A stretch of 64,000 nt of DNA from a bacterium (GCA_037143195.1 JBAWZD010000003.1:5333-69332); one strand, 5' to 3'. Positions 10,267 through 20,844 are shown, counted from the first letter of the stretch. The notes: generated by a model not told the origin, from the letters alone. Numbers and translations: made by a program.

Positions 10267-10521
10267 ATGCCAATCACCAGTTCAGCCAAAAAGGCTATCC
10301 GTGTCAGTGCTCGCAAGAAGCTCGTCAACGATCGTCGCACACGTGCGATGAAAGACGAGGTCAAGAAGATAGAAAAGGCAGTCAAGCTTGGAAAGAAAGA
10401 CGAAGCTTTGAAAATGATGTCAGTTACATTCGCTGCAATCGACAAGGCTGCAAAGCGCGGAGTCATCAAGAAGAACACTGCAAGTCGCAAGAAGGCTCGC
10501 ATGGCTCGTCTCGTCAAATAG
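10267..10521 (+). CDS. rpsT: 30S ribosomal protein S20
   Basis: 'MPITSSAKKAIRVSARKKLVNDRRTRAMKDEVKK...' is the typical S20 sequence. 84 aa. Confidence 0.9.
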   Translation: MPITSSAKKAIRVSARKKLVNDRRTRAMKDEVKKIEKAVKLGKKDEALKMMSVTFAAIDKAAKRGVIKKNTASRKKARMARLVK

Positions 10522-10522
10522 T

Positions 10523-10588
10523 CGAGGAGGAGGGAAGAATCGCAAAAAAATACGTACTAAAGAACACGGCTCCTCCTCCGTGTTTTTT
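10523..10588 (+). terminator. Putative terminator downstream of rpsT
   Basis: GAGGAGGAG...CTCCTCCTC stem with a long loop, followed by a TTTTTT run. Confidence 0.35.
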
Positions 10589-10642
10589 AGTACGTATTTT
10601 GTTTTTTGCGAAATCTCCCTGTGTCTGTATAATTGGGGGACT

Positions 10643-10900
10643 ATGTCATTATTGAATTTTTACGGACGCGAGTGCCCGCACTGTCACACGATGGAACCAT
10701 TAATAGCAAAGCTCGAAGCAGAGACCGGAGTCAAAGTGGAACGCCTCGAGACGTGGCACGACGAGAAGAACGAAAAGCTCCGTTCCGAATACGACAAGGA
10801 TTTCTGTGGGGGAGTACCATTCTTCTTTAACACCGAAACGAAGAAATGGATTTGTGGCGAAGCTGACATGGACGAACTGAAGACGTGGGCAGGGAAATAG
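10643..10900 (+). CDS. Thioredoxin/glutaredoxin-like small redox protein
   Basis: CPHC active-site motif in 'FYGRECPHCHTMEPLIAKLE'. About 85 aa. Confidence 0.6.
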   Translation: MSLLNFYGRECPHCHTMEPLIAKLEAETGVKVERLETWHDEKNEKLRSEYDKDFCGGVPFFFNTETKKWICGEADMDELKTWAGK

Positions 10901-10903
10901 AAT

Positions 10904-10930
10904 AAAGGCGCTTCGATGTGAAGCGCCTTT
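10904..10930. terminator. Bidirectional hairpin terminator
   Basis: Perfect stem AAAGGCGCTTC/GAAGCGCCTTT, lying between convergent genes. Confidence 0.6.
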
Positions 10931-10953
10931 ATTGCACATTATTTTGCTGACTT

Positions 10954-11475
10954 TTATTTTGTCAGCATTCTTTGGTGGGGGATCGACCCCATCTCGGTAA
11001 TATTTTTTCTGTAGACAATCATCGCATTATCAAATGCATTTGTTGTCACCATAACTAATTTACCCTTTACCCCCGCCATGATTTCGGGAACAATGAGTGC
11101 CTCGTAGCCTTCACTTTTAAGCTTGGCTACTGTTCTTACCGCACTTGTCATTGGGTCATCAACGGGGAGTGATATTGCGTTTGAAGGCAATAGGTTGGTT
11201 GGCTGATCGAGCCAACCCAAAACTGTAGTGTTGTCCGTTAGCAACATCTGGTTACTCGGAGTGGGAGAGAAGGTCATTCTCTCCCTGAGGCCTGCTTCTT
11301 CTCTAAAAATTCCCGCCAGATCAACGGCGGCTTTTTGGTTCTGGACACCAAAATAGCGGTGCCCTTTGTCAGGGAGACACGTCGGGTTATCCACAAAGTG
11401 CAGATAACTGATTGTGATGCTGTACAGTGCTAGGACCGTCACAGTAATTCGTAGGAAATTGTTCCTCTTTTTCAT
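10954..11475 (-). CDS. Membrane-anchored hypothetical protein
   Basis: N-terminal TM helix 'FLRITVTVLALYSITISYL' followed by a soluble domain. Family not recognised. Confidence 0.45.
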   Translation of the reverse strand: MKKRNNFLRITVTVLALYSITISYLHFVDNPTCLPDKGHRYFGVQNQKAAVDLAGIFREEAGLRERMTFSPTPSNQMLLTDNTTVLGWLDQPTNLLPSNAISLPVDDPMTSAVRTVAKLKSEGYEALIVPEIMAGVKGKLVMVTTNAFDNAMIVYRKNITEMGSIPHQRMLTK

Positions 11476-11624
11476 ATGTATTTAAAATGGTTGGCACTTA
11501 GTCTAACATATTAATTAAAAAAGTCAAATTTTATACACCCTAAAACCCTGTATTCACAAGCTTGTTTGCGGTATCTTTACTAATTTTCCAAAATAACGTA
11601 TAGTCTAGCGGTCTTTCGACCAAC

Positions 11625-11696
11625 GGTTTTGTCGTTCAATGGATAGGACACTCCCCTGCGAAGGGAGAAATGCAGGTTCGATTCCTGCCAAGACCA
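11625..11696 (+). tRNA. tRNA-Arg, anticodon read as GCG
   Basis: Manual cloverleaf. Acceptor GGTTTTG/CAAGACC, D-stem GTTC/GGAC, anticodon stem CTCCC/GGGAG, loop CTGCGAA, T-arm GCAGG-TTCGATT-CCTGC. Discriminator A. No encoded CCA. Confidence 0.6.
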
Positions 11697-11702
11697 CAAC
11701 AT

Positions 11703-12092
11703 ATGCGTACTATCACCAATTTCTTTCTCGGTATTGAGGAACGAGCACGGGTGTATTTTGAACGTTTTCCATTTATTCAGGCCTTCGTAGCCGGTATCGG
11801 CGTCATCATTTTTTGGCGTGGGGTTTGGGAGCTTCTCGATACTCAGGGCATTTCACCATTTTGGTCAATCCTCATCGGTATCCTATTACTCGGCTCCGTT
11901 GGCGTATTCATTCAAACATTCATCGGTAATACGATCATCATCAAAAACGTGAAGCAAGAAGAAAAAATGGAAAAGAAGGTGCTTGAGAAAGTCGAAGGGG
12001 AAGTCGATACAGAAGAAGTGAGTATCACCGTCCTCTCAAAAAAGCTCGATCGTCTCATTGAGAAAGTATCGGAAATTGAATCGAAAAAGTAG
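11703..12092 (+). CDS. Small membrane protein with a C-terminal coiled-coil tail (hypothetical)
   Basis: The start was moved to the first Met after the tRNA. It has two TM helices and a charged tail. Confidence 0.4.
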   Translation: MRTITNFFLGIEERARVYFERFPFIQAFVAGIGVIIFWRGVWELLDTQGISPFWSILIGILLLGSVGVFIQTFIGNTIIIKNVKQEEKMEKKVLEKVEGEVDTEEVSITVLSKKLDRLIEKVSEIESKK

Positions 12093-14052
12093 TTCCTTCG
12101 TGAAGTGTACTGGTAACACGGATACAGCCGTTGTGGCGCGTAACGATTTGTTTTGCAATCGCAAGACCGAGGCCGCTTCCTGTGTGGCTTGCGGGATTTT
12201 GGGGTGCGCGATAGAAACGATCAAAAATATGAGGAAGGTCGTCTGCTGAAATACCAGCCCCGTTGTCGCTTATCGTGAGTAGTGCGAGATGTCCAGACTT
12301 TTTGAGTGTAATCGTTACATGCCCATCACGGAGGGGAGAACGATAATGCATTGCATTTGCCACAATGTTGGTAACAAGCTCCTCGAGTAATTTTTTGTTG
12401 CCGAGAATCGAACCGCAGTCTGCTATGTCTGTAATGAGTGTGATGTGTTTGTCCTCAGCCACAACTTCGAAATAATCGATTTGTTCTTGGAGGAGGGGTT
12501 TGAGTGCGATAGGAGTCATCTCGTGCTGGTCGAGTGAGTGTTCGAAACGAACAACCCTGAGAAGTTGTCGAATAAAACCTGAGACTCGGTCGATCGACTT
12601 TTGAACGGCGAGGAGTTGTGTTGGATTCTCGCTGTGGTCACTGAGAATCTCGAGTTCTCCTCGAATGATTGCAAGGGGAGTTTGCAGATTGTGTGAAATG
12701 GTAATCATGGCTTCCTTTTGTTCCTCTTGGAGTTTTTGAATTTCATCTGTACGTTCTGCGACGAGTCGCTCGAGATGTGCACTGTAGTTTTGTACCCGTG
12801 CGTAGAGTTCCGCTTTGGTGAGTGCAATTGCGGCTTGCACGGCAAATGTCGCGAGGAATTGGGCATCTTTCTGGGTATAGAAATCGCCGGACTTTTTTGG
12901 ACCAAGCGTCAAAACACCGATGCTACTTTTTTCGAACATGATTGGTTGATATGCGTTGCGAAATCCAGCGACACGAGCTTCAGGATATGTTTGGGTAAAG
13001 ATATCGGTGTCAAACAAGAAACATACATTGTTTGTTTTGAATGTTTCTTGGAGTATTCGAGTCGCCCCTGCAACAATTTCATTTTTTTCATGGTTGGTAT
13101 GAAGGATTCGACTGAGTGAATGCATCACTTCTGCATAATTGTAAGGACATTTGAAGAAGATCGAATCAGACCATCGTTCAAAATATGTTTGGATGATTGG
13201 CAAACCACCGATGCCAAGTATGGTTGTTGCTCCCGCGCTCACGATGCTTGAGGTGTCAGTCGTTGTGCCGAGAATAAGTCCAAAAAGTACAATGAGGAGC
13301 AGGTACACCGTCACGATGAGAATGAGCACGATCGTATAAATCAAACTTCTTTGAATGACGATACGAATATCAAGGAGTTCATGGCGGATGATCGCATACG
13401 CGGTGAGTCCAATATAGAAAATAGATGAAATTGGTCCGAGAAAGGTGAGCTCAAAAAAACCGACCGAGGGGAGGAGGATATCGAATATTCCAGCGGACAA
13501 GAGAAATACGGAGAGTCCAAAAAGCAGATAGTTCATTTGGAGACGAGCCTTACCAGACGACCTTAGGTAGGAACGAACTGAGAGTACGATGCTCTCTACG
13601 ATAACGAAGAGAGACACAAGGGCAAATACAGGGAAGAGAGGTCCGTTTGTGGGCGTACTGGGGTGTGTTGGAAGAAGGTCAGTCTTTGTAATAATAAGAT
13701 TAAATGGAGCGAGTACTGCCAGAAAAATAATTGGAATAAAGTGAAGGAAAAAACTTTTGTGGGGAATTTTCCCGTAGGGAAATGTTTTAGCAAACAGAAG
13801 GAACCCTGAAAGCAGTACAAGGAATCCAAAGAGAGAAAGTGTTGTGTACCGTTCGATGTGGTGTTGTGTCTCGGTGAGGACAAGACCGAAACTCCAAAAC
13901 GAAATGCCAGTAACTGCGAGTGAGAATGATTGATGGATAATGTTTTTTGGTTTACGGAGAAAAACAAAAATACCAATGGCGAGATTTGATACAATGACGA
14001 CCAAAAGGAGGATTTCTTCGAGGTTGATTCCGGTAGAGGGTAATTGGGTCAT
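12055..14052 (-). CDS. Sensor histidine kinase with a polytopic N-terminal domain plus HisKA and HATPase_c
   Basis: H-box 'ISHNLQTPL'. N, G1 and G2 boxes 'ANAMHY', 'DNGAGI', 'GSGLGLAIAKQIV'. About 8 N-terminal TM helices. Confidence 0.85.
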   Translation of the reverse strand: MTQLPSTGINLEEILLLVVIVSNLAIGIFVFLRKPKNIIHQSFSLAVTGISFWSFGLVLTETQHHIERYTTLSLFGFLVLLSGFLLFAKTFPYGKIPHKSFFLHFIPIIFLAVLAPFNLIITKTDLLPTHPSTPTNGPLFPVFALVSLFVIVESIVLSVRSYLRSSGKARLQMNYLLFGLSVFLLSAGIFDILLPSVGFFELTFLGPISSIFYIGLTAYAIIRHELLDIRIVIQRSLIYTIVLILIVTVYLLLIVLFGLILGTTTDTSSIVSAGATTILGIGGLPIIQTYFERWSDSIFFKCPYNYAEVMHSLSRILHTNHEKNEIVAGATRILQETFKTNNVCFLFDTDIFTQTYPEARVAGFRNAYQPIMFEKSSIGVLTLGPKKSGDFYTQKDAQFLATFAVQAAIALTKAELYARVQNYSAHLERLVAERTDEIQKLQEEQKEAMITISHNLQTPLAIIRGELEILSDHSENPTQLLAVQKSIDRVSGFIRQLLRVVRFEHSLDQHEMTPIALKPLLQEQIDYFEVVAEDKHITLITDIADCGSILGNKKLLEELVTNIVANAMHYRSPLRDGHVTITLKKSGHLALLTISDNGAGISADDLPHIFDRFYRAPQNPASHTGSGLGLAIAKQIVTRHNGCIRVTSTLHEGTTFSIQFPILSQ

Positions 14053-14064
14053 TGGATGTAACGT

Positions 14065-14736
14065 TTATATTTTATAAGCCTCAAATCGATATCCCCGACG
14101 GGGGATTGTTTTAATGAAGCCAATCTTTTTTGATTCGAGTTTCTTTCGGAGTAGCCGAACATGTGTATCAACGGTGTTGGTAAATGGATCAATATTCATG
14201 TCCCAAACATATTCAAGAATCATTTCTCTCGAAAGGAGGGTATCTGTATGTTGCATGAAATATTCCAAGAGCGAAAATTCTTTGTTTCGCAAGGTGATCT
14301 GTTTGCCGTGGAGTGTTACGAGATGTTTCTTTGAATCAAGCACGAGTGGTCCAACTTTGAGAATATCAGTATAGAGAATCTGGCCTCGACGCGTCAGTGC
14401 TCGGAGTCGGACTACTAATTCTCGAAGCGAAAACGGTTTTGTGATGTAATCGTCGCACACACCAAGCATATCGATTTTGATATCGATATTTTTTTCTGCA
14501 GAGAGTACGAGAATTGGTATCGACGGTCGGTACTTTCTGATAGCAAGCGAAATTTCACTTCCTTCCATGTCGGGAAGATGAAAATCAAGTATGACGACAT
14601 CGAATGTATGCTCAGATGCGAACGCTACGCCGAGCTCTCCCGTGCGTGCGACGGCTACCACACAGAGTTCGGACTCGAGTCCTTTTTTGATAAATTCGGA
14701 AATCTCAATTTCGTCTTCGATAATGAGAACTTTCAT
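14065..14736 (-). CDS. OmpR-family response regulator (REC plus winged-helix)
   Basis: REC domain 'MKVLIIEDE...DVVILDFHLPDMEG'. C-terminal trans_reg_C 'RRGYRF'. Immediately downstream of the kinase in the same operon. Confidence 0.85.
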   Translation of the reverse strand: MKVLIIEDEIEISEFIKKGLESELCVVAVARTGELGVAFASEHTFDVVILDFHLPDMEGSEISLAIRKYRPSIPILVLSAEKNIDIKIDMLGVCDDYITKPFSLRELVVRLRALTRRGQILYTDILKVGPLVLDSKKHLVTLHGKQITLRNKEFSLLEYFMQHTDTLLSREMILEYVWDMNIDPFTNTVDTHVRLLRKKLESKKIGFIKTIPRRGYRFEAYKI

Positions 14737-14839
14737 GGCCGTTAGCTACCCATAAATGGTAACACAACTAGTTAATCGAAATCTAAACTCGAGACACGAA
14801 AAAAAGCCTTTATTGTAGGCGTTTTTTCGTAGTGGTGGA

Positions 14840-15316
14840 TTAAAATCCGAGATGTTCCATGACGCGGTGTGTCAGCTGTTCCTTGAAGTTTTTTTCCGTA
14901 AGTCGGGTGAGAAGTAGTTGGCGAAGCGCCTCAGGGTCTATCGTATAGGGAAGTGCGATAGAAATTACCGGAGCGACAATGCGACTAGTCTCAATGATGA
15001 GATGATTGCCGAGGTCGTGTTCGTCGATTGAAAACCCTTTTACTTTTTCAAACGCATAAAAAAAGTTGCGAATACGGATTCCCTCATCTGAAATCGCAAT
15101 CTCGATGATCTCGGGTTTTCTCGCTGCGTAAAATCCAAGAACGGTAGCGGCAAGGATGATAAAGATAGCAAAGAGTGTGTCATGAAATATCACCGCGATT
15201 GCCGCTCCTGCAATCGCAATAACTCCAAGAGCCCAAAACCAATCTGGGCCTTTTTCACGGTGATTGTATTCTTCAATCTCCCATGAAATTCGAGGTTCTT
15301 TGTTTCCTTGTGCCAT
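14840..15316 (-). CDS. Hypothetical membrane protein
   Basis: Two TM helices followed by a soluble domain. 158 aa. Confidence 0.45.
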   Translation of the reverse strand: MAQGNKEPRISWEIEEYNHREKGPDWFWALGVIAIAGAAIAVIFHDTLFAIFIILAATVLGFYAARKPEIIEIAISDEGIRIRNFFYAFEKVKGFSIDEHDLGNHLIIETSRIVAPVISIALPYTIDPEALRQLLLTRLTEKNFKEQLTHRVMEHLGF

Positions 15317-15361
15317 ATACGATTACTAGTGTATCACGGAAAAGATGATGTGTGTGGTGAA

Positions 15362-16045
15362 TTACTCGGTGACTCGTGGACTACCGTGAGCTTCGCCCCA
15401 TGCGAATGGATTTTGATACCATGTTTCGAGTTCAGTGAGAATGGTTTCGTCGAGCAAGTTTTCTGCACGTGCTGTTTCAAGTAGATAAGGGAAATTGATG
15501 AGTGACGTCATCGTACATGAGGGCGTCATCGCACTAAATTTATTTTCTTGATTTGGAAAATCGTAGTAGTAGATGACCGAACATGTTGAGACCGTTGCTC
15601 CTTCACGGCGCATTGCTTCAACTGCGTTTAATGCACTTCCACCTGTTGAGATGGTGTCTTCGATAACGAGCACATTTTTGCCGGCGAGACCGCCAGGGAT
15701 ATCGCCTTCGACTTGTCTGCCTGCTCCATGATCTTTGGCTTTTGCGCGGATGTAGAGGAGGGGAAGACCGAGTTTGTCGGCGAGAGTTGTCGCGTGGGGG
15801 ATTGCACCGGTTGCAACACCGGCAATCGCGTCATATTTCACCCCACTCTCGGTGATTTGTGTGGCGAATGCTTCGGCGATAGCCGCACGAACTTCGGGGT
15901 ATCCAATTAGGCAACGATTGTCTATATATACAGGCATCGCATATCCTGATGCCCAGCGAAAAGGCTTCTCGGGCGAGACTTTGATGGCACCTCGGGTCAA
16001 AATGGCTCGTGCAATAGCACGGCGTGGGTCTATTTGGTCACTCAT
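15362..16045 (-). CDS. pyrE: Orotate phosphoribosyltransferase
   Basis: PRTase motif 'VLVIEDTISTGGSAL'. Lies divergent from a pyrD-like gene. Confidence 0.7.
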   Translation of the reverse strand: MSDQIDPRRAIARAILTRGAIKVSPEKPFRWASGYAMPVYIDNRCLIGYPEVRAAIAEAFATQITESGVKYDAIAGVATGAIPHATTLADKLGLPLLYIRAKAKDHGAGRQVEGDIPGGLAGKNVLVIEDTISTGGSALNAVEAMRREGATVSTCSVIYYYDFPNQENKFSAMTPSCTMTSLINFPYLLETARAENLLDETILTELETWYQNPFAWGEAHGSPRVTE

Positions 16046-16074
16046 GCGTCATATGGTAGCATAGGAATGAAATT

Positions 16075-17028
16075 ATGAAACTACGTGGGATAGAATTCGG
16101 ATCATGTATTGGGGCTTCGGGCCTCAATGGTTGGTTTGGCGAAGGATATCCGTATCACACAGTTTTGCGCCTCCTCCCAGGGTTTACGTTTGAGGGTGTG
16201 ACTCTTACTGCCAAAACAACGACGCTTGAAAGCCGTGCGGGCAATATGCCACTGCGAAAAGACAAGATTACTCCGCGCGAATTGAAACCGGTCAGCATTG
16301 TGGTGAAGCCTGGAGCAGGGGTTGTGTTGAATGCCGTCGGACTTTCGGGTCCTGGATTGCGCTACTTGCTTGACCTCGGAAAATGGCAGGCACTCGAGAA
16401 GCCATTCTTCCTTTCCTTTATGTCTGTCGGCGCGACAAGTGCTGAACGTATCGAAGAATTGCGCACGGCCGTAGAGATTTTAAAAACAGAACTACCAAAA
16501 TTTAAGGCACCGGTCGGGTTACAATTGAATTTCTCGTGTCCAAATGTCGGCCATGCACAAGAAGAAATGGTGCAAGACATTCATGAGTCGCTCGCTATCG
16601 CGAGCGTGCTCAACATCCCACTCGTCCCAAAAATCTCAGTGATGATTCCACCAGACAAGGCTGGAGAGATCATTCGAGATCCAAACTGTGATGCGCTCGC
16701 AGTTTCAAATACGATTGCATGGAGTGATTTGTCAGAAGACGTGCAGAAAGTATTTTTCCGCACGACAAAATCTCCGCTCGCACGATTTGGTGGTGGGGGA
16801 ATTTCGGGAAAATATTTGTTGCCACTTGTCGAGCAATGGTTGTATCAATTCAAAAAGTTCTCTGGTGGCAAGCCGGTGATTGCAGGTGGCGGAATTATGC
16901 GTGCTCGCGATGTTGATACGCTGGTTGCGGCTGGCGCGAGTGCGGTATCACCAGGGAGTGTCGTTATTTTGCGGCCTTGGAACTTGAAGGCGATTGTGGC
17001 GCGGGCGAAAAAGCTTCTCGAAAAATAA
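16075..17028 (+). CDS. pyrD: Dihydroorotate dehydrogenase family protein (class-1-like)
   Basis: 'NAVGLSGPG', 'LNFSCPNVGH' and 'IAGGGI' motifs of the DHOD/DHPD family. Adjacent to pyrE. Confidence 0.6.
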   Translation: MKLRGIEFGSCIGASGLNGWFGEGYPYHTVLRLLPGFTFEGVTLTAKTTTLESRAGNMPLRKDKITPRELKPVSIVVKPGAGVVLNAVGLSGPGLRYLLDLGKWQALEKPFFLSFMSVGATSAERIEELRTAVEILKTELPKFKAPVGLQLNFSCPNVGHAQEEMVQDIHESLAIASVLNIPLVPKISVMIPPDKAGEIIRDPNCDALAVSNTIAWSDLSEDVQKVFFRTTKSPLARFGGGGISGKYLLPLVEQWLYQFKKFSGGKPVIAGGGIMRARDVDTLVAAGASAVSPGSVVILRPWNLKAIVARAKKLLEK

Positions 17029-17038
17029 TTTTTTATAA

Positions 17039-17677
17039 ATGTTCGAACAGATACTGGGCGTGTTCTTTCCTGATATTTGCGTTGGGTGTGGTGTGCGGGG
17101 GTGTTTGTTGTGTGAGGAGTGTCGGCGGGGCTTGCCGCAGGCAAGCCCCGCCGAGCACCCATGGATCACAAGCTTGTTTGCCTACCAAGATTCTCGAGTG
17201 CGGAGCTTGATTAAGAAAATTAAATTTAAAAATACACGTCACGGTGTGGATGTTTTTGCGGAAGCGCTCGCTCGGGCAGTGACTGAATATGTGGGGGAGG
17301 AGACGCTGATGATTGGTGAGCGTACGCTCTTGCTTGTGCCTATTCCTCTCTCGAAAAAACGAGCCAAACTGCGCGGGTACAATCAATCGGAATTAGTCGC
17401 CCGAAAGATGCTCAGGTATCTCGACCGTGATCGGTTTCGTATTGATACGAAGCTTTTAGTTAAGGAAATCGAGACTACGGCACAATCAGATATCAAAAAG
17501 AAGAGCGAACGACTCGCCAATCTTGGGTCGTGTTTTCGGGCGACGAGAGGGTCACGCGGGGAGTGCATTATTTTGATCGATGATGTGACGACGACGGGAG
17601 CGACACTCGGCGCGGCGCGGAGCTCGCTCCGCGCCGCCCATTTCACCCACGTCCACGCATTCACCATCGCCCACTAA
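17039..17677 (+). CDS. ComF-family phosphoribosyltransferase-domain protein
   Basis: N-terminal Cys cluster 'CVGCGVRGCLLCEEC'. C-terminal PRTase motif 'IILIDDVTTTGATL'. Confidence 0.7.
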   Translation: MFEQILGVFFPDICVGCGVRGCLLCEECRRGLPQASPAEHPWITSLFAYQDSRVRSLIKKIKFKNTRHGVDVFAEALARAVTEYVGEETLMIGERTLLLVPIPLSKKRAKLRGYNQSELVARKMLRYLDRDRFRIDTKLLVKEIETTAQSDIKKKSERLANLGSCFRATRGSRGECIILIDDVTTTGATLGAARSSLRAAHFTHVHAFTIAH

Positions 17678-17888
17678 AACAAAAACCGCCGTTTGGTATA
17701 CACGTGAGCTTCTCTAATCGCGTGCATACGTCGGGCGGTGGTTGTTCCATGATCCGATTGAATTGTAAAAGAATTATATTGTGACGGCGTGTGGTGATGA
17801 TAAATGAATAATGAGCATCACCCGACAAGTGATACGAGTATCATAGCTATTCGGTACTCAAGAAAAAGTAAAGAAACCGTGCGAGCTG

Positions 17889-18563
17889 TTATTTACTCAC
17901 ATCGATTTTGTATCCACGTCCAGACAAACAATGAATGAGATTGCGTTTGCCCGAAGCATTCAGCTTATTTCGAAGATTCAAAATATGAGTTTCGATAGTA
18001 CGTGAAAATGCATCTGCTCGCGTGTCCCATACATGCTCAAGCAATTCTCCCCGTGGCACAACGCGACCAACATTGCGGAGAAGGAGTTCGAGAATTGCGA
18101 ATTCCTTTCTGGTGAGGCGGAGAGCGTCGCGCCCACGAGTCACTTTTTGTGTTTCAACGTTGAGCGTAATATCGTGATAGGTGAGTACGGGAAACGTTCG
18201 TATTTTTGGGCGACGAAGGATCGCGTTGATGCGCGCATGGAGTTCTTCGAAATAGAATGGTTTCATAATGAAATCATCGACCCCAGCCGTGAAGCTTTTG
18301 AGCTTGTGCTCAAGGCTACACATGTTTGAAAGGAGGATGACCGGAGTTTGGCATCCGTTCATGCGCATATAATGACAAAGCGTGTGGCCCGCTTGTCCGG
18401 GGAGAGAATTGTCGAGCACGATAAGGTCGTATGGATTTATTTCGGCGAGCTCGGTCGCGCTTGGAGCGTCACTCGCAACATCGACGGCAAAGCATTTTTC
18501 CTCAAGACGGCGTTTGAGAAAAAGTTGGAAACTGGTGTCATTTTCTGCAACAAGTAATCGCAT
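17889..18563 (-). CDS. Orphan OmpR-family response regulator
   Basis: REC domain plus a winged-helix domain ('LTRKEFAILELL'). No adjacent kinase. Confidence 0.8.
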   Translation of the reverse strand: MRLLVAENDTSFQLFLKRRLEEKCFAVDVASDAPSATELAEINPYDLIVLDNSLPGQAGHTLCHYMRMNGCQTPVILLSNMCSLEHKLKSFTAGVDDFIMKPFYFEELHARINAILRRPKIRTFPVLTYHDITLNVETQKVTRGRDALRLTRKEFAILELLLRNVGRVVPRGELLEHVWDTRADAFSRTIETHILNLRNKLNASGKRNLIHCLSGRGYKIDVSK

Positions 18564-18700
18564 AGAGTGTGCGTAGTATATCGCGCACTTGTTTGGTTTG
18601 GGTGACGTAGTTTAAAAATCCGTTACCTCCTTTTTATCATTTTTTTATACGAAACATCGTGTATTTGAAATACGGGTGAAAACAGTTAGAATACGCCCAT

Positions 18701-20089
18701 ATGGAATACCGCACAGAAAAAGACTCATTGGGCGAGGTTCAGGTTCCTGCGACTGCCTACTATGGGGCACAAACACAGCGTTCGATACAGAATTTTCCGA
18801 TTGGAGCAGGCGCTCATACAATGCCGATCGAAGTTGTGCGTGCACTTGCGCTCGTCAAAAAAGCAGCCGCACAGGCAAACGAGAGTCTCGGTGCGCTTTC
18901 GAATGAGAAGGCGAATGCCATCGCTCGCGTGTGTGATGAAATTCTGGACGGAAAGCTCGATGCAGAATTTCCGCTTGTCGTTTGGCAGACGGGTTCGGGC
19001 ACACAGACGAATATGAATGTGAATGAAGTCATTGCAAACCGTGCACACGTACTTGCTGGGGGAGCGCTCACAGATCTCGCAAAAAGTATTCATCCAAACG
19101 ATGACGTGAACATGTCGCAATCTTCAAACGATGTGTTTCCAACCGCCATGCATATTTCTGCATATGTGATGATCGTAAAGACGACACTGCCTGCACTCAA
19201 AAAGCTTCGTGATACATTCGCTCAAAAATCCACTCAGTATATGAATGTCGTCAAAGTGGGACGAACGCATATGATGGATGCGACGCCGGTCACGCTCGGC
19301 CAAGAATTCAGTGCGTATGTGGCAATGCTTGATATGGGCATCGCAAGTATTGAGCAGAAACTTCCCGCGCTCGCTACGCTCGCGCTCGGCGCCACTGCCG
19401 TCGGCACTGGACTTAACGCACCCGAGGGCTACGCGCAAAAGGCAATCGCAAATATTGTGTCGCTTTCTGGACTCCCATTTACACAGGCACCAAATCTTTT
19501 TTCGGCTATCGCATCCCACGAAGCACTCGTCGATATGCACGGCTCACTCAAAACTGTCGCAACGAGTCTCATGAAGATTGCAAACGATATTCGTTTTCTC
19601 GCCTCAGGTCCACGTGCAGGTATTGCCGAAATCCGTATTCCCGACAACGAACCTGGTTCGTCAATCATGCCTGGCAAAGTAAATCCAACACAGTGTGAAG
19701 CGCTCGCCATGGTCACAGCGCAAGTCATGGGCAATGATGTCGCTGTCAGTATCGGTAATGCGAATGGTCATCTCGAACTCAATGTGTACAAACCGCTCAT
19801 CATTCGAAACGTACTCGAAAGCGCACAACTCATTGGAGAGGCGAGTGCCTCATTTAGCGATAAGTGCGTCGCAGGTATTGAGCCAATCACCGAGAACATC
19901 AAGCGCAATCTTGATCGATCACTCATGCTTGTGACTGCGCTTACTCCACACATTGGGTACGACAAATCTGCCGAAATCGCAAAGAAGGCTCAAGCAGAAA
20001 ACACCACACTCAAAGAATCAGCGCTCGCACTCGGCTACGTGAATGAAGCAGATTTTGATGCGTGGGTTCGTCCTGACGAAATGATCTAA
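18701..20089 (+). CDS. fumC: Class II fumarate hydratase
   Basis: Lyase-1 signature '[16 protein letters not shown]'. N-terminus '[20 protein letters not shown]'. C-terminus '[10 protein letters not shown]', typical of FumC rather than AspA. Confidence 0.85.
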   Translation: MEYRTEKDSLGEVQVPATAYYGAQTQRSIQNFPIGAGAHTMPIEVVRALALVKKAAAQANESLGALSNEKANAIARVCDEILDGKLDAEFPLVVWQTGSGTQTNMNVNEVIANRAHVLAGGALTDLAKSIHPNDDVNMSQSSNDVFPTAMHISAYVMIVKTTLPALKKLRDTFAQKSTQYMNVVKVGRTHMMDATPVTLGQEFSAYVAMLDMGIASIEQKLPALATLALGATAVGTGLNAPEGYAQKAIANIVSLSGLPFTQAPNLFSAIASHEALVDMHGSLKTVATSLMKIANDIRFLASGPRAGIAEIRIPDNEPGSSIMPGKVNPTQCEALAMVTAQVMGNDVAVSIGNANGHLELNVYKPLIIRNVLESAQLIGEASASFSDKCVAGIEPITENIKRNLDRSLMLVTALTPHIGYDKSAEIAKKAQAENTTLKESALALGYVNEADFDAWVRPDEMI

Positions 20090-20794
20090 CTACTTTGCAC
20101 TAAACGGATTGAAGTTTGTGCCGATATCGTAGTAGTCTTCGCTCTCGTGCTTCTTAAGGAAGCCGATAACTTTGTATGTGAGCGGAGTAAAGAGTACTTC
20201 GACTGCAGTTTTGAAAATGTAATTTGAAACGATGAGCGTCACGATGAGCGACGTTGGGAAAACGCCCCAAAAAGCGATGACAATGAAAAGCATACTATCA
20301 AGCAATTCTCCGACAATTGTGGAACCGATTGTTCGGGCCCAAAGCATTTTGCCCTTGGTCCAAATTTTCATTTTGGCGAGGATATATGAATTTGAAAATT
20401 CTCCCGCAAAGTAGGCGATGAGGCTTGCGATGACGATACGTGGAGTCAATCCGAGAATCGCATCATATGCGGCTTGATTGTCCCAGCCAGCTGCGGGAGG
20501 AAGTTTACCCACGACGATGAAGATGATGGACATGAGGAGCGTCATCGCAAATCCGAGCCAAATCGTTTGGCGTGAACGCTTGTACCCGTATACCTCGGTG
20601 AGGACATCTCCGAAGATATAGCTGAGCGGGAAGAGGAGCGTGCCCCCGTCAAAGGTAAACCATTTAAGGTCCACAATTTTTGATGATGCGACGTCAGAGA
20701 TCAGGAGAATTGATACGAAGAACACACTAATTGCGCCGAGATACTTGTAATTTTTTTGCATAATAACGGCATGGTAGCATATTGGAAGATACAT
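20090..20794 (-). CDS. Queuosine-precursor transporter (YhhQ/DUF165 family)
   Basis: Polytopic membrane protein with 'FPLSYIFGDVLTEVYGYKRSRQ', resembling the YhhQ family. Confidence 0.65.
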   Translation of the reverse strand: MYLPICYHAVIMQKNYKYLGAISVFFVSILLISDVASSKIVDLKWFTFDGGTLLFPLSYIFGDVLTEVYGYKRSRQTIWLGFAMTLLMSIIFIVVGKLPPAAGWDNQAAYDAILGLTPRIVIASLIAYFAGEFSNSYILAKMKIWTKGKMLWARTIGSTIVGELLDSMLFIVIAFWGVFPTSLIVTLIVSNYIFKTAVEVLFTPLTYKVIGFLKKHESEDYYDIGTNFNPFSAK

Positions 20795-20844
20795 ACAAAA
20801 ATCCCCGAACGAATCGTTCGGGGATTTTTGAAACGCGAGAGAAC

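Noticed and set aside
10164-10655. 163-aa ORF spanning rpsT and its terminator
   Set aside because: It is out of frame to the clear S20 gene and runs through the terminator. It is Arg/Cys-rich.
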